Shown piece after piece: positions 1 to 9,946 of a DNA stretch of 64,000 bases. The position numbers and the translations under genes are program-made. The notes below the pieces were generated by a model. It did no database searches, was not told where the DNA came from, and saw only the letters and a program-made list of their open reading frames with translations. The DNA is taken from NCBI GenBank assembly GCA_963700285.1, contig CAVOXA010000005.1, positions 192,001 to 256,000 of the forward strand, read 5' to 3'. This DNA is from an uncultured Chloroflexia bacterium. GTDB lineage: Bacteria; Chloroflexota; Anaerolineae; JAAYZQ01. Each line of letters starts with the position of its first letter. Positions within the stretch are counted from its first letter, which is position 1.

Positions 1-52
1 GGGCGAAAACCTTGGGGTTGATAGTGGGCTTCAGTTCTGCTTCGAAAGCCCT
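1..52 (-). mobile_element. Terminal sequence of a putative IS element (inverted copy of 62645-62696); the rest would lie left of the window
   Basis: Reverse complement of 1-52 matches 62645-62696 at 51/52 nt; identity stops abruptly at 52/62645; internal GGGCTT...AAGCCC stem. Confidence 0.75.
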
Positions 53-64
53 CCATACTGGTTC

Positions 65-93
65 TTGCATATGCTGTGAAAAGCGGGTATAAT
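65..93 (+). promoter_or_regulatory. sigma70-type promoter TTGCAT-N17-TATAAT
   Basis: -35 at 65-70, 17-nt spacer, perfect -10 at 88-93, upstream of the HdeD-family gene. Confidence 0.75.
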
Positions 94-199
94 AGGCCAC
101 TGGTGCCGGAGCTGTCCATAGGTGGATGGGTTCCTCTGGTCGCTTGTCCAGGGGCCGCTTGGCACAAATCAAGCTCTTGAGGTCGAAAGGAGAAAAAGC

Positions 200-739
200 A
201 TGTCTGCTGCAAGTGTCGCGGAAAAAGAGACCCGCCGGGTCCCATGGTGGGTGATTCTCATCGAAGGGATCGCCCTCGTAATTCTTGGATTGCTGTGGCT
301 GGCCAACCCCGCGGCGACCACGGTCGTCTTTATCTTTATGCTGGGCATCTACTGGCTTGTCGCCGGTATATTCAAGATCATCAGTATCTTTCTCGACCAC
401 TCCATGTGGGGCTGGAAGCTTTTTGCCGGCATCATTGGCATTATCGCCGGCATCCTCATCATCCAGCACCCACTTTGGAGTTCGGTCCTCGTCAGCGCCA
501 CGCTGATCATCATCCTGGGTATCCAAGGACTCGTCTTTGGCGCCATCGGCGTCTACCAGGCATTCAAGGGAGCCGGCTGGGGCACGGGGATCCTGGGCGC
601 TATCAGCATCGTCTTTGGCCTCTACCTCCTGTTCAACATCGGGAAAGCAACGTTCGTACTGCCGTGGGTGCTGGGCCTCCTGGCCCTGGTGGGCGGCATC
701 GTCGTCATTGTGCTCGCCTTCCGGCAGAGGTCAGAGTAA
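200..739 (+). CDS. HdeD/DUF308 family membrane protein
   Basis: AAGGAG RBS before ATG 200; WWxxLIEGIxxxILG...P start and about 6 TM helices typical of DUF308. Confidence 0.85.
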   Translation: MSAASVAEKETRRVPWWVILIEGIALVILGLLWLANPAATTVVFIFMLGIYWLVAGIFKIISIFLDHSMWGWKLFAGIIGIIAGILIIQHPLWSSVLVSATLIIILGIQGLVFGAIGVYQAFKGAGWGTGILGAISIVFGLYLLFNIGKATFVLPWVLGLLALVGGIVVIVLAFRQRSE

Positions 740-1104
740 TACAAGTTCGAAGCGAAGCTCTTGCACCTGGGCGCCCGCCAGGACCGGCGGGCTCGCGCTG
801 GTCGCTTATGGTCTCCCGACCGGGATATCTGTTTATGCTTTGATGGCTCGGTCTGGAGGCCATTCGTTTGAGTGGAAGGAGGCGCGAACCGTGCCTGCTA
901 CGGAGCTACAGGGATCTATCTTTGAAGGGGAAGCAAGCGCCACGGCGAGGAGCAGACCGAAGATGAGCTGGCTGCCATCACGCAAGAGCTCGCAGGGCTC
1001 AGGTTTCTGTTTGGGGAGCGCGATGCTGAACGGCGCCCCATGCGTGCCGCTCGAACCGCCTCAACGGACAGCGGCCCGGTGGGAAAGGGAGGAGAGAAAG
1101 GCCC

Positions 1105-2424
1105 ATGATGGTGGACCGCCTGTTTGAGAGCAAGGGTCGGGTCGCCGTTCATATGGCGCCGAGGAAGGTATCGGTGCCTCCAGGGGGGAGCGTGTCTGTG
1201 CCCCTGGTCTTGCTGAACGGTGGATCAGAAGCCGATTTCTTCAAGCTATCCGTCCAGGGCCTTCCATCCAACTGGGTGTCGCTGCCCTCACCCGTGGTGC
1301 GGATCCGTGAAGGGGAACAGAGGGATATAGCGCTGCTTATCCGGCCACCCGATTCCAGCCAGATCCGCGCTGGGCGACACCCCCTTGTTGTTCGGGTGAC
1401 CAGCCATGCCGCTCCAGGCGACGTGGTGGAGCTGGAAGGCACGCTGACCGTGGCCACGCTTGAGGTAGAAGGCCCGGTTGGTCTGCTCTTGGCTTCAAAC
1501 ACCTTTTCGGCCGTGCCCGGCGAGCGTACGACTGTCCCGGTGGTCCTCCTGAACCAGGCTACCAAAGACGACGTTCTTCAGTTGGCTGTAGATGGGATTC
1601 CGGGCAATTGGGTGTCCTATTCACAGGCATTGGTCCCGCTGGCTCCCGGCCAGCAAAAAGAGGTCTCTGTCGCCATCCGGCCGCCTCCCGGAACCGAGAG
1701 CCGGGCCGGGCGCCACCCTTTCAGGATCCAGGTCGCCAGCCAGGTGAATCCTGAGGATGCGGCCGAGGCAGAGTGCGTGCTGACGGTGGCGACTTGTGCA
1801 GCTTTTGCGGCTGCGCTGGACCCGATGTGCACGGAGGCTGGGGATCCGATACGAATCACCATTGAGAACCTGGGCAACTACCAGCAGGTTTTTGGCCTGA
1901 TGTGGCGCAGTCTGAACGATGAAGTGGCCTTTGAGGCCAGTGCGACTCGAAATGTGCGCATCCCTGCAGGCCGAACAGAGACGGTCGAGCTACGGGCTAC
2001 TCCCCGTCGTCGGCCACTGATCGGCGGCCAGATGAGCTATCCCTTCACAGTTCGGGTACGGTCGGCCGATCACGAGGTACAGGACCTGCCAGGTGAAGTC
2101 ATTAGCAAGGCACGGGTACCGACCTGGCTGGTTCTGATTGTGCTCGTCCTGGTTCTGGCCTTGGCCTGCTTGTCGGCTTTTGTCCTGGTCGGAGCGGATC
2201 TACCTGACTTGAATCCGGCTGGGCCCGCGGCCACAGGTTTGATACCAAAAGGGGCTGGGCTGCCTGCGGAGGAGCCTGTCATCTGCGTCGAACGATTGCC
2301 GCATGCTGTTGAGCAGGGCTGTTGCATTGTCCCTTGCCATACACTGCCCGCCAGATCTGTCATTGCGAGGCGCGCTGCTTGCGCCGTGGCAATCCCCAGG
2401 GCAAAGGTGGAGATCGCTTGCTGA
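1105..2424 (+). CDS. COG1470/NEW3-like repeated Ig-like domain protein with C-terminal TM segment; 3' end altered by MITE
   Basis: Repeated 'L.V.GLP.NWV...P...IRPP....RAGRHP' units; TM stretch WLVLIVLVLVLALACL. Confidence 0.65.
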   Translation: MMVDRLFESKGRVAVHMAPRKVSVPPGGSVSVPLVLLNGGSEADFFKLSVQGLPSNWVSLPSPVVRIREGEQRDIALLIRPPDSSQIRAGRHPLVVRVTSHAAPGDVVELEGTLTVATLEVEGPVGLLLASNTFSAVPGERTTVPVVLLNQATKDDVLQLAVDGIPGNWVSYSQALVPLAPGQQKEVSVAIRPPPGTESRAGRHPFRIQVASQVNPEDAAEAECVLTVATCAAFAAALDPMCTEAGDPIRITIENLGNYQQVFGLMWRSLNDEVAFEASATRNVRIPAGRTETVELRATPRRRPLIGGQMSYPFTVRVRSADHEVQDLPGEVISKARVPTWLVLIVLVLVLALACLSAFVLVGADLPDLNPAGPAATGLIPKGAGLPAEEPVICVERLPHAVEQGCCIVPCHTLPARSVIARRAACAVAIPRAKVEIAC

Positions 2425-2453
2425 CGCTCGCGATGACGACTTTGCTACAGCCC
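2316..2453. mobile_element. ~138-bp MITE with terminal inverted repeats, internal REP/RPE-like palindrome and 13-bp flanking direct repeat
   Basis: TIRs GGGCTGTTGCA (2316-2326) and TGCTACAGCCC (2443-2453), 10/11; ATGCTGTTGAGCA at 2303-2315 and 2455-2467; related copy at 45808-45948. Confidence 0.75.
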
Positions 2454-2474
2454 GATGCTGTTGAGCAGGGTAGA

Positions 2475-2503
2475 TTGACAAACGGCCTCACTGGTAGTAG
2501 AAT
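2475..2503 (+). promoter_or_regulatory. sigma70-type promoter TTGACA-N17-TAGAAT
   Basis: Perfect -35 at 2475-2480, -10 at 2498-2503. Confidence 0.8.
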
Positions 2504-2546
2504 GGTATGGTACCTGCCGTCATCAATCAGATCCTAAAGGAGACGA

Positions 2547-2930
2547 GTGACAAATATGACCAAGAAGCCCCAAAAAGCCCCCAAGGAGAGAGGTTGCTGG
2601 CTGACCGGCTGGCTGATCCTGATGCTGGTCCATGGCATTGTCTCCTCGTTGCTCATCTTTTACCAGCGCAACCAGGAGGGCGGCGATCAGACTATCTGGC
2701 TGGGCCTGCTGCTACTCGCGTCCATCGCCATCGTCGTAGCGACTGTCGCCATCTGGTATTGGCAGCGCTGGGGCCTGATTCTGTACGCCATCGCGATTGG
2801 CGCCAGCATTGTCGCAGGCCTTATCCTGACCCGTACGCAGTTGTGGGTCTTTCACGAGATCATCCCCCTGGCCATCCTGGGCTACCTGATCAAGGACAAG
2901 TGGGCCGACTTTGGTATGGACACGAAATAG
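2547..2930 (+). CDS. Hypothetical 4-TM membrane protein
   Basis: AAGGAG RBS; 'ERGCWLTGWL' N-terminus followed by hydrophobic helices; start could be ATG 2556. Confidence 0.75.
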   Translation: MTNMTKKPQKAPKERGCWLTGWLILMLVHGIVSSLLIFYQRNQEGGDQTIWLGLLLLASIAIVVATVAIWYWQRWGLILYAIAIGASIVAGLILTRTQLWVFHEIIPLAILGYLIKDKWADFGMDTK

Positions 2931-3021
2931 GGTGGGACCGGCATCCAGCGCGCTCGGCCCCGCGCCTTGTGCTGCGTACCCTCGGGATGTCTTGTCAGGT
3001 TGGGATTGGAGGCACGGTGCT

Positions 3022-3756
3022 ATGAATGACGTCGATGGGAATGACCTGGAGCTCCTGACCCGGTTCCTGGTTGGCATCGTGCTGCTGGGCGGTGATGTGC
3101 TCATGCAGCGCATCCGCGAAGTGCAGGGAGAGTTGGTCGCCCATCCCGACGTGATGGCTCAGCCGGCAAGCCTTGACAAGGCGTCGGCCCGTGATCTCGC
3201 ACGCTACTTGGCCATTGGCCTGACCGTGCGAGGGCAGAACCTCCTCTTGAAGGGCGTGCGCCGCGGCTTCAATCTCTCCCTGGGTACGGCCAGCTGGTCT
3301 CTGGGCTGGCTGGACCGCGCTACCGACAACCGGTTAATGCGTCCCTTCCGCCGGCCCGTCGAATCACGTCTGCAGCGGTTGGACCGTGAGACGGGGCAGG
3401 TTATCCGCGAAGGGCAGCTTGAGGAACTGAAGGGCAGGTTGCTGGCGCAGGAGGCGGTGATGGAGATCATCGATGACGTGATCGAGTTTGTCGCCGAGAA
3501 CCCGGAAGCTTCGGCCTGGATCCAGCAGGTAATTGGCGGGCAAAGCATTGGTCTGGCCACGGCGATGAGGGATAATGCCCGACAGTTGACGGTGTCGTCC
3601 GACGGCCTGGCGGAATCGATGGCTCGCCGGATACTCCGGCGCACTCCCCGCCAGGCGCTGCCACCATCACCCCTGGCCGGCAGGCCGCAGACGATGTATG
3701 ACCCAGAGACTGCGGCGAAAATGGTGGAAGAGCATGAGCAACCCACAACTGGATGA
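3022..3756 (+). CDS. Conserved hypothetical helical protein upstream of RDD gene
   Basis: GGAGG RBS before ATG 3022; overlaps the start of the RDD gene. Confidence 0.7.
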   Translation: MNDVDGNDLELLTRFLVGIVLLGGDVLMQRIREVQGELVAHPDVMAQPASLDKASARDLARYLAIGLTVRGQNLLLKGVRRGFNLSLGTASWSLGWLDRATDNRLMRPFRRPVESRLQRLDRETGQVIREGQLEELKGRLLAQEAVMEIIDDVIEFVAENPEASAWIQQVIGGQSIGLATAMRDNARQLTVSSDGLAESMARRILRRTPRQALPPSPLAGRPQTMYDPETAAKMVEEHEQPTTG

Positions 3757-4297
3757 GGGCAGTCAGCCAACGCTGCTTGGTCAGTATGCTGGTTTTGTCA
3801 CGCGGTTGATTGCCTGGATCATCGACCAAGTGATTCTCGCCGCCGCCATTACCATCACCATCGGGGCAGGCAAGTTTCTTCTGCAAGTTTTTCCAATCAA
3901 TGAGTGGCTTGGCCTTGACCAAGTCATGACAAACATCACCCTCGTTGTTGCCATTGCGGTTGCTATCACGCTTCCGATTGTCTACAATATCGGCTCCTGG
4001 TTGCTGGCCGGACAGACGATTGGCAAATGGGTCATGGGTGTGCGCATCGTCCGCACGAACGGAGAGCGCATGCGGTTCGGCACATGCGTACGGCGCCAGA
4101 TCGGCTACCTGGTCTCGGCCATTCTGTTCCTGGGTTATCTCTGGATCTTGGTCGACAACAGGCGCCAGGGCTTTCATGACAAGATCGCCGGTACCTTTGT
4201 CATCTATTCGTGGCCAGAGAGCGCGCCGGTCAGGCCCATCCAGGATCGCGTGCGCCGTTTCAGGTTACAGCAACAGCCTGCCCAAGACCCCGAGTAG
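3734..4297 (+). CDS. RDD family membrane protein
   Basis: YAGFVTRLIAWIID, GQTIGKWVMGVRIV and RQGFHDKIAGT motifs. Confidence 0.92.
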   Translation: MSNPQLDEGSQPTLLGQYAGFVTRLIAWIIDQVILAAAITITIGAGKFLLQVFPINEWLGLDQVMTNITLVVAIAVAITLPIVYNIGSWLLAGQTIGKWVMGVRIVRTNGERMRFGTCVRRQIGYLVSAILFLGYLWILVDNRRQGFHDKIAGTFVIYSWPESAPVRPIQDRVRRFRLQQQPAQDPE

Positions 4298-4320
4298 AGA
4301 CTGCACCGGAAGGGCAGCAC

Positions 4321-4351
4321 AAAGGACGCAACCGGCCGGTTGCGTCCTTTT
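4321..4351. terminator. Bidirectional intrinsic terminator
   Basis: Perfect palindrome AAAGGACGCAACCGGCCGGTTGCGTCCTTT between convergent genes. Confidence 0.8.
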
Positions 4352-4397
4352 CCTGCTCGTCCTCTGAGCGCAGTGCCTGGTCAGGCATCGACCTCTC

Positions 4398-5789
4398 TTA
4401 TCCCAAAAGCAGATAGGGATTCTCCACCAACTGCTTGACCCGCTGTAGAAAGCGGGCCGCCGGCGCGCCGTCGACCAGCCGGTGGTCAAAGACCAGGCTC
4501 AGTGTCCACATCTGCCGTGCCACGATCTCGCCCTCGCGCACTACTGCCTTGGGCAGGATCCGTCCCGCGCCCAGGATGGCCGCTTCCGGCAGGTTGATGA
4601 TGGGCGTAAAGGCGTCCACGTCGTACATGCCCAGGTTGGTGATGGTAAAGGTCCCCCCGCTCAGGTCGTCGGGCAGCGACTTGCCCACCCGGGCCCTATC
4701 CACCAGCGCCCGGAATTCGGCGCCAAAGTCACGCAGACCCTTCTGGTCCGCGCCACGGATGACCGGCACCAGCAAGCCTCGCTCCGTGTCGACGGCCATG
4801 CCCACGTTGATGTAGGGCAAGTGCTCCAGGGCTCCTCCATCCTCACTGAGGCGAGCGTTCATGTAGGGGAACTCGCGCAGCGCCCGGGCGACGATAACAC
4901 CCAGCAGGTCGTTATAGCCCGGCGCAAAGCCCCACTCCTCGGTGACCGCGGCCTTGAGCTGCTCTCGCGCCTCCACAAAGGCGCCGGCGTCGGCCTCGGT
5001 AACCAGGGTCACGCGGGCCGTGGCTGCGTCGCTGGCCGCCATGCGCTGGGCGATGATGCCTCGCAGACCGGCCATCGGGACCTGCCGGATGCTTCGCTCC
5101 CCGGGTACAACAGCCGGTAAACTGGCCGGAACCGCGGCCGGCATCTCAACCGCTGGCGCAGGAGACTGGGCGGCGGCTTCTACATCCACTTTGGTGATGC
5201 GCCCGCCGGGCCCGGTGCCTGTCACCGCGGCCAGATCCACACCCAGGGCGCCGGCTGTCTTGGCGGCCACGGGCGTAACCTTGGGCCTAGAGGCCGCGTG
5301 GTCCAGGACGTCCTGCTCGACGATGCGACCGTTGGGACCGGTGCCGGTCACCAGGGCTAGGTCGATGTCCTGCGCTCGCGCCGCCTTGCGCGCCCGGGGC
5401 GAGGCAAAGATCCGGCCCGTGGACCGTACAAGGCCGGCTTCAATGGCTGTGGTCGCAGGTTCAGCGCTTTCATCTGCAGGTTCTTCTCCGGCGATTTCTG
5501 CCGTTGTAGTTACCGCTGCCGCGGCCCCATAGGACGAGATATCCTCGTCGGCCTCGCGGGTGATGAGGGCCACCGGGGTCAGTACCGGCACGACTTGTCC
5601 TTCCGGCACCAGGATCTTGCGCAGAAAGCCTCGCGCCGTGGCTTCGACGTCAAGGACCGCCTTATCCGACTCGACGGTGAAGAGCAGGTCGCCGCGTTGG
5701 ATGGGATCGCCTTCCTTCTTGACCCACTCGACGACAGAACCTTCTTCCATGGTTTGGCCCAACTTGGGCAGAATAACCTCAGTGATCAT
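4398..5789 (-). CDS. Dihydrolipoamide acyltransferase E2 (PdhC/AcoC-like), two E3-binding domains
   Basis: Lipoyl motif VESDKA, two GTGPxGRI domains, catalytic DHRLVDG. Confidence 0.95.
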   Translation of the reverse strand: MITEVILPKLGQTMEEGSVVEWVKKEGDPIQRGDLLFTVESDKAVLDVEATARGFLRKILVPEGQVVPVLTPVALITREADEDISSYGAAAAVTTTAEIAGEEPADESAEPATTAIEAGLVRSTGRIFASPRARKAARAQDIDLALVTGTGPNGRIVEQDVLDHAASRPKVTPVAAKTAGALGVDLAAVTGTGPGGRITKVDVEAAAQSPAPAVEMPAAVPASLPAVVPGERSIRQVPMAGLRGIIAQRMAASDAATARVTLVTEADAGAFVEAREQLKAAVTEEWGFAPGYNDLLGVIVARALREFPYMNARLSEDGGALEHLPYINVGMAVDTERGLLVPVIRGADQKGLRDFGAEFRALVDRARVGKSLPDDLSGGTFTITNLGMYDVDAFTPIINLPEAAILGAGRILPKAVVREGEIVARQMWTLSLVFDHRLVDGAPAARFLQRVKQLVENPYLLLG

Positions 5790-5792
5790 GGC

Positions 5793-6563
5793 TCATTTCC
5801 CCTCTGTGTTGGCTTTGGCCAGGGCCGCAGCCGTGGCTGCCCAGTCGGCGACAAATTGCGCTACCCCGATCTCTGTCAGTGGATGCGTGATGGCCTTCTT
5901 GAGCACAGAGGTGGGCACAGTTGCCACATCCGCGCCGATCATGGCCGCCTGGGTGATGTGGATGGGGTGCCGCACGCTGGAGGTGATGATCTTGGTGTCA
6001 AAGCCAAAGTTGTCGAGAATGGTGCGGATGTCGGCGATGACGTCCATGCCCTCGTTGCCGGCGTCGTCCAGCCGCCCAACAAAGGGCGACACGTAGGTGG
6101 CGCCGGCTTTGGCCGCCAGGAGCGCCTGGTTTGCCGAGAAAACCAGGGTCACATTAAAGCGTATGGCTTCCTCGGTCACGATCTGGCGCGCCCTTTCGAT
6201 GGGGGTGGCGCACTGGCCCTGCCAGGGGCAGCCGCTGCAGATGCTCACCGGGTCCGCATGGCGGCCGCGCAGCGCCTTGAGGGCCTTGAGCCCCTCTTCG
6301 ATGAAGGGGATCTTGACCACGACGTGGGGCGACCACTGGATGATCTGCAGCGCTTCGTCGATCATGTCCTGCGCGTCCGTGCCGATCACCTCGGCACTGA
6401 CAGGCCCCTGGACCAGGTAGCAGACCTCCTGGACGACTTCTTTATAGTCCGTGCGGCCCACCTGGGCCATCAGACTGGGATTGGTCGTCACCCCGTCAAT
6501 GATGCCCAGGCCCACCATTTCGCGGATCTCGTCGATGTTGGCGGTATCTAGAAAGATTATCAT
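5793..6563 (-). CDS. tal: Transaldolase (Tal/FSA family, Glu/Phe transaldolase-type residues) with Cys-rich insertion
   Basis: FLDTAN, GVTTNPS, SAEV, VVVKIP (catalytic Lys), YVSPFVGRLDD. Confidence 0.9.
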   Translation of the reverse strand: MIIFLDTANIDEIREMVGLGIIDGVTTNPSLMAQVGRTDYKEVVQEVCYLVQGPVSAEVIGTDAQDMIDEALQIIQWSPHVVVKIPFIEEGLKALKALRGRHADPVSICSGCPWQGQCATPIERARQIVTEEAIRFNVTLVFSANQALLAAKAGATYVSPFVGRLDDAGNEGMDVIADIRTILDNFGFDTKIITSSVRHPIHITQAAMIGADVATVPTSVLKKAITHPLTEIGVAQFVADWAATAAALAKANTEGK

Positions 6564-6669
6564 TCACCTTCTCCCTTCTGAACAAGCATGTCGCCTGAGG
6601 GTTGATGACGGACGATGGACGGCAGACGAAAGAACCTGCATCCTGCTTCCGGTCGTCTTGCGCCTGTCG

Positions 6670-7698
6670 TCACCGAAGCACCTGGCGGATGCCGGCGATG
6701 ATGGACTCTACGTTGGGAATCGCCGCGTCTTCCAGGGTTTCGCTCATGGGCACAGGTACGTCGGCCGCTGCCACGCGCACCACCGGCGCGTCCAGCCAGT
6801 CGAAGACCTCCTCCTGGATGCGCATGGCCAGCTCGCTGATAAAGGAGCCGGTCTTGTAGGCTTCGGTGACGCCCACCACGCGCCCCGTCTTTTGCACCGA
6901 AGCGGCGATGGTCTCCATGTCCAGCGGCTTCAGGGTGCGCAGGTCGATGACCTCGACGCTGATGCCCTCCTCGGCCAGCTTTTCGGCCGCTTCCAGGGCG
7001 CGGTGCACCATGCGCGAGTAGGTGACCACCGTCACGTCGGTGCCCTCACGCTTCACGTCGGCCACGCCGTAAGGGAATGACATAATCCTCCTCGGGCACG
7101 TAGCCCTCGACGCCGTAGAGCATCTTGTGTTCGATGAACATGACCGGGTTGTCGTCGCGGATGGCCGCCTTGAGCAGTCCCTTGGCGTCGTAAGGGCGTG
7201 CTGGGCATGACGACATAGATGCCGGGAAAGTGGGTCCACAGGGCTTCCAGGCTCTGGGAGTGGTGGGCGGCGATGCTCCGCCCGGCGCCGCCCTCGGTGC
7301 GGATGACCATGGGCACGATGGTCTTGCCGCCAAACATGTAGCGGTTCTTGGCTCCCTGGTTGGCGATCTGGTCCATGGCCAGCGGCGTAAAGTCGACGTA
7401 CATGATCTCGGCGATGGGCCGCATGCCGGCCATGGCCGCGCCCACGGCCGCGCCGCCGATGGTCGCCTCGGAGATGGGCGTGTCGCGCACGCGCTCCGCA
7501 CCGAACTCGTCGAACAGGCCCTCGCGTGGCGCCATAGGCGCCGCCATAGAGGCCCACATCCTCGCCCATGATGAACACGCTGGGATCGCGCTGCATCTCC
7601 TCCCGCGGCCGCCTCCCGAGCGCCTCACGATAGCAGGATCTTGCGCGTGCCCGGCCCGCCAGCGCGGCATCTCTCGCGGAGCTCTCGCTCCTTGGCAT
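6670..7698 (-). CDS. TPP-dependent dehydrogenase E1 beta subunit (PdhB/AcoB-like), frameshifted in this sequence
   Basis: [40 protein letters not shown] spread over several frames. Confidence 0.9.
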   Translation of the reverse strand: MPRSESSARDAALAGRARARSCYREALGRRPREEMQRDPSVFIMGEDVGLYGGAYGATRGPVRRVRCGARARHAHLRGDHRRRGRGRGHGRHAAHRRDHVRRLYAAGHGPDRQPGSQEPLHVWRQDHRAHGHPHRGRRRAEHRRPPLPEPGSPVDPLSRHLCRHAQHALTTPRDCSRRPSATTTRSCSSNTRCSTASRATCPRRIMSFPYGVADVKREGTDVTVVTYSRMVHRALEAAEKLAEEGISVEVIDLRTLKPLDMETIAASVQKTGRVVGVTEAYKTGSFISELAMRIQEEVFDWLDAPVVRVAAADVPVPMSETLEDAAIPNVESIIAGIRQVLR

Positions 7699-7706
7699 AG
7701 TCCGCC

Positions 7707-8755
7707 TCAGTCCACTTGAAGGGCGCGTAGACAAAGTCCTCCAGCTCCTCGGCGGGCGGGCATGGCCGAATCGAGGGCAAACTCGGTCGCCGTCGTCAAT
7801 GGCGTCTTCGACCCGCTACCTCGAGCGCATCGATCTCCTCCTGGGTGCAGACGCCCGTCTCCACCAGCCAGGCGGCAAAGTTGGGGATGGGATCGCGGGC
7901 CTTCCAGGCGGCTTCCTCCTCCTTGGTGCGGTAGGCACGTGGGTCGGAGCGGGAGTGGCCATACCAGCGATAGGCCTGGCACTCGATGAGGGAGGGGCCT
8001 TCGCCCCGGCGGGCGCGCTCGACGGCCTGGCCGACCGCCTCGCGGACCGCCAGCACATCCATGCCGTCCACCACCACACCGGGCATGTCGTAGGCGCAGG
8101 CCCGGTCGGCGATGTCCAGCTTGGCCGCGGCCTTTTCCAGAGGGCACCGACATGCCGTACAGGTTGTTTTCCACGATGTAGACGACGGGCAGGTTCCACA
8201 GCCCGGCCATGTTCAGCGACTCGTGAAAGTTGCCGGTCTGCGACGCGCCGTCGCCAAAGAAGCAGAGGACGACCCGGTCGGTGCCCTGCATCTGCTGCGC
8301 CAGCGCCGGCGCCGGTGGCCACCGGGATGTTGCCGCCCACGATGCCGGTGGCGCCCAGGTTGCCCTTCTCCACGTCGGCGATGTGCATCGAGCCACCCCG
8401 GCCCAGGCAGTAGCCGGTCTCGCGGCCGCACAGCTCGGCCATCATCTTGTCATAGTGTTCCTGCTTGGCCTCTTCGGTCTTGGCGATGACTGCGCCCCGG
8501 GCGTGGCAGTGCCCGTGGCCGCGGTGGGTGCTGGTGATCAGATCGTCGTCGCGCAGGACCGAGATGGCGCCGACGGCGACGGCCTCCTCGCCGGCGTAGA
8601 GGTGTGAGGCGCCCTTGATGATGTTGCGCCCCAGCAGGTCGTAGACCCGGTCTTCGAACATGCGGATCTCCCACATCTGTCGCAGCAGGTCCAGGGCCTG
8701 TTCTTTGCTCAGTCCATGGTGCTTCTGAAAGCAGTTTGGTTCTCTCTTCAGCCAT
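7707..8755 (-). CDS. TPP-dependent dehydrogenase E1 alpha subunit (PdhA/AcoA-like), frameshifted
   Basis: [25 protein letters not shown]...N TPP motif, YRWYGHS; AAGGAG RBS. Confidence 0.9.
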
Positions 8756-8759
8756 TGTT

Positions 8760-9946
8760 CTCTCCTTGCTCTCACTGTGGATTTGCTGTACAAATTGGAT
8801 GATTCCTCGCTTGCCATTGATCAACCAGGTGGGATCCTCTTCCGCCAGCGCTTCCGCTTGACCAGGCGCCAGACCCACCATGATTTCTCCCTTCAGCGTG
8901 CGCAACACCAGCAAGGGCGCTGGGAAGTAGTTGGCAACCTCTTCCATCGCGCTGTATCGTGCGGCCAGTGGCGATCGTCCAGCAACCGCCGGTAGTTTAC
9001 GTCCCCTTTGAGAATCACCAGGTCGGATGAACTCAGTTCCGCGCGCAAAGGCGCCGGCATCTGGTCGAACATCAGGCACTGAAGTCCAAAAGGGGTCGTC
9101 TTCAAGTCCGAGCGCGCCAGCAGCCAGATGCCGGGCCAGGCGCTCTCCCAGTGGTTCTGCCGGTAGTAGTGCCAAAAGGTGCCGCACGTCCTGGGGCATT
9201 GCATCGGAGACAAAGAAGGGCCGGCTCTTGAGGTGAAAGACCACCCTGCGCGTCCAGCCTTGCTTCAGTAGAAAACTGGCGAATGCCAGGTCAAAGAGCA
9301 GCTCCAGCCCGGCGTTGTCATTGATGAAATCGATGCGGCCCACACCGGCTGACAGCAGGCCGGCCACCTTTTTCGTGTGATCGATGAGGATGTTGTGGCG
9401 CTCCCTTCGGGTGGCCAGACCTCCCTGGGCCTGCTCGCGAATGGTACTATTGCTCAGATCGGCGCGATTGCCCCACAGGCAGGAATGGAGGTAGGCCACA
9501 AAGAGCTCATCTGGCGCGGCGCCGGGAAACTGTCCCCAGTTGGCTGCCAACCAGGCCACGGTGGCCTGGCTCAGCTTTTGTTTCTGCAGCCCAAAAGGGT
9601 CCTGGCCCTGCCATGGGCCGGGCTCAAGGTAGCGCACCACTTCCAGCAGGCGCCGATAAAAGTAGGACTCGGCCAGATACCAGGGTAGGTCCAGCCAGGT
9701 GTTGCCCTCATAGGCAGCCAGTTCCTGGTTCCACAGTGCCGCATCCGGGTCTGATGCTGCGAGCATCTGGACCGGCTCCTGGGCGATCTCCCGCCCAAAG
9801 GCTTCCAGTGTCCATATAATGTCTATCGGATAGCCATTATCCTGGATGACCTGGGCAATGATCTGGGGCTTGCGCTCGACAATCGTGGCGCGAGCAAATG
9901 AGCCAGGCTCGGAAGTCATCAAGAGTGGCGGCTGGCCGTTATTCAC
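8760..9946 (-). CDS. DUF89/ARMT1-like damage-control phosphatase, frameshifted; 3' end approximate
   Basis: LWGNRADLS, DNAGLEL, PFFVSD, LKGDVNYRRL, LRTLK motifs. Confidence 0.85.

Noticed and set aside
8450-9946. DUF89-E1 alpha fusion
   Set aside because: Indel-rich region; E1 alpha has a strong RBS and ATG at 8755.
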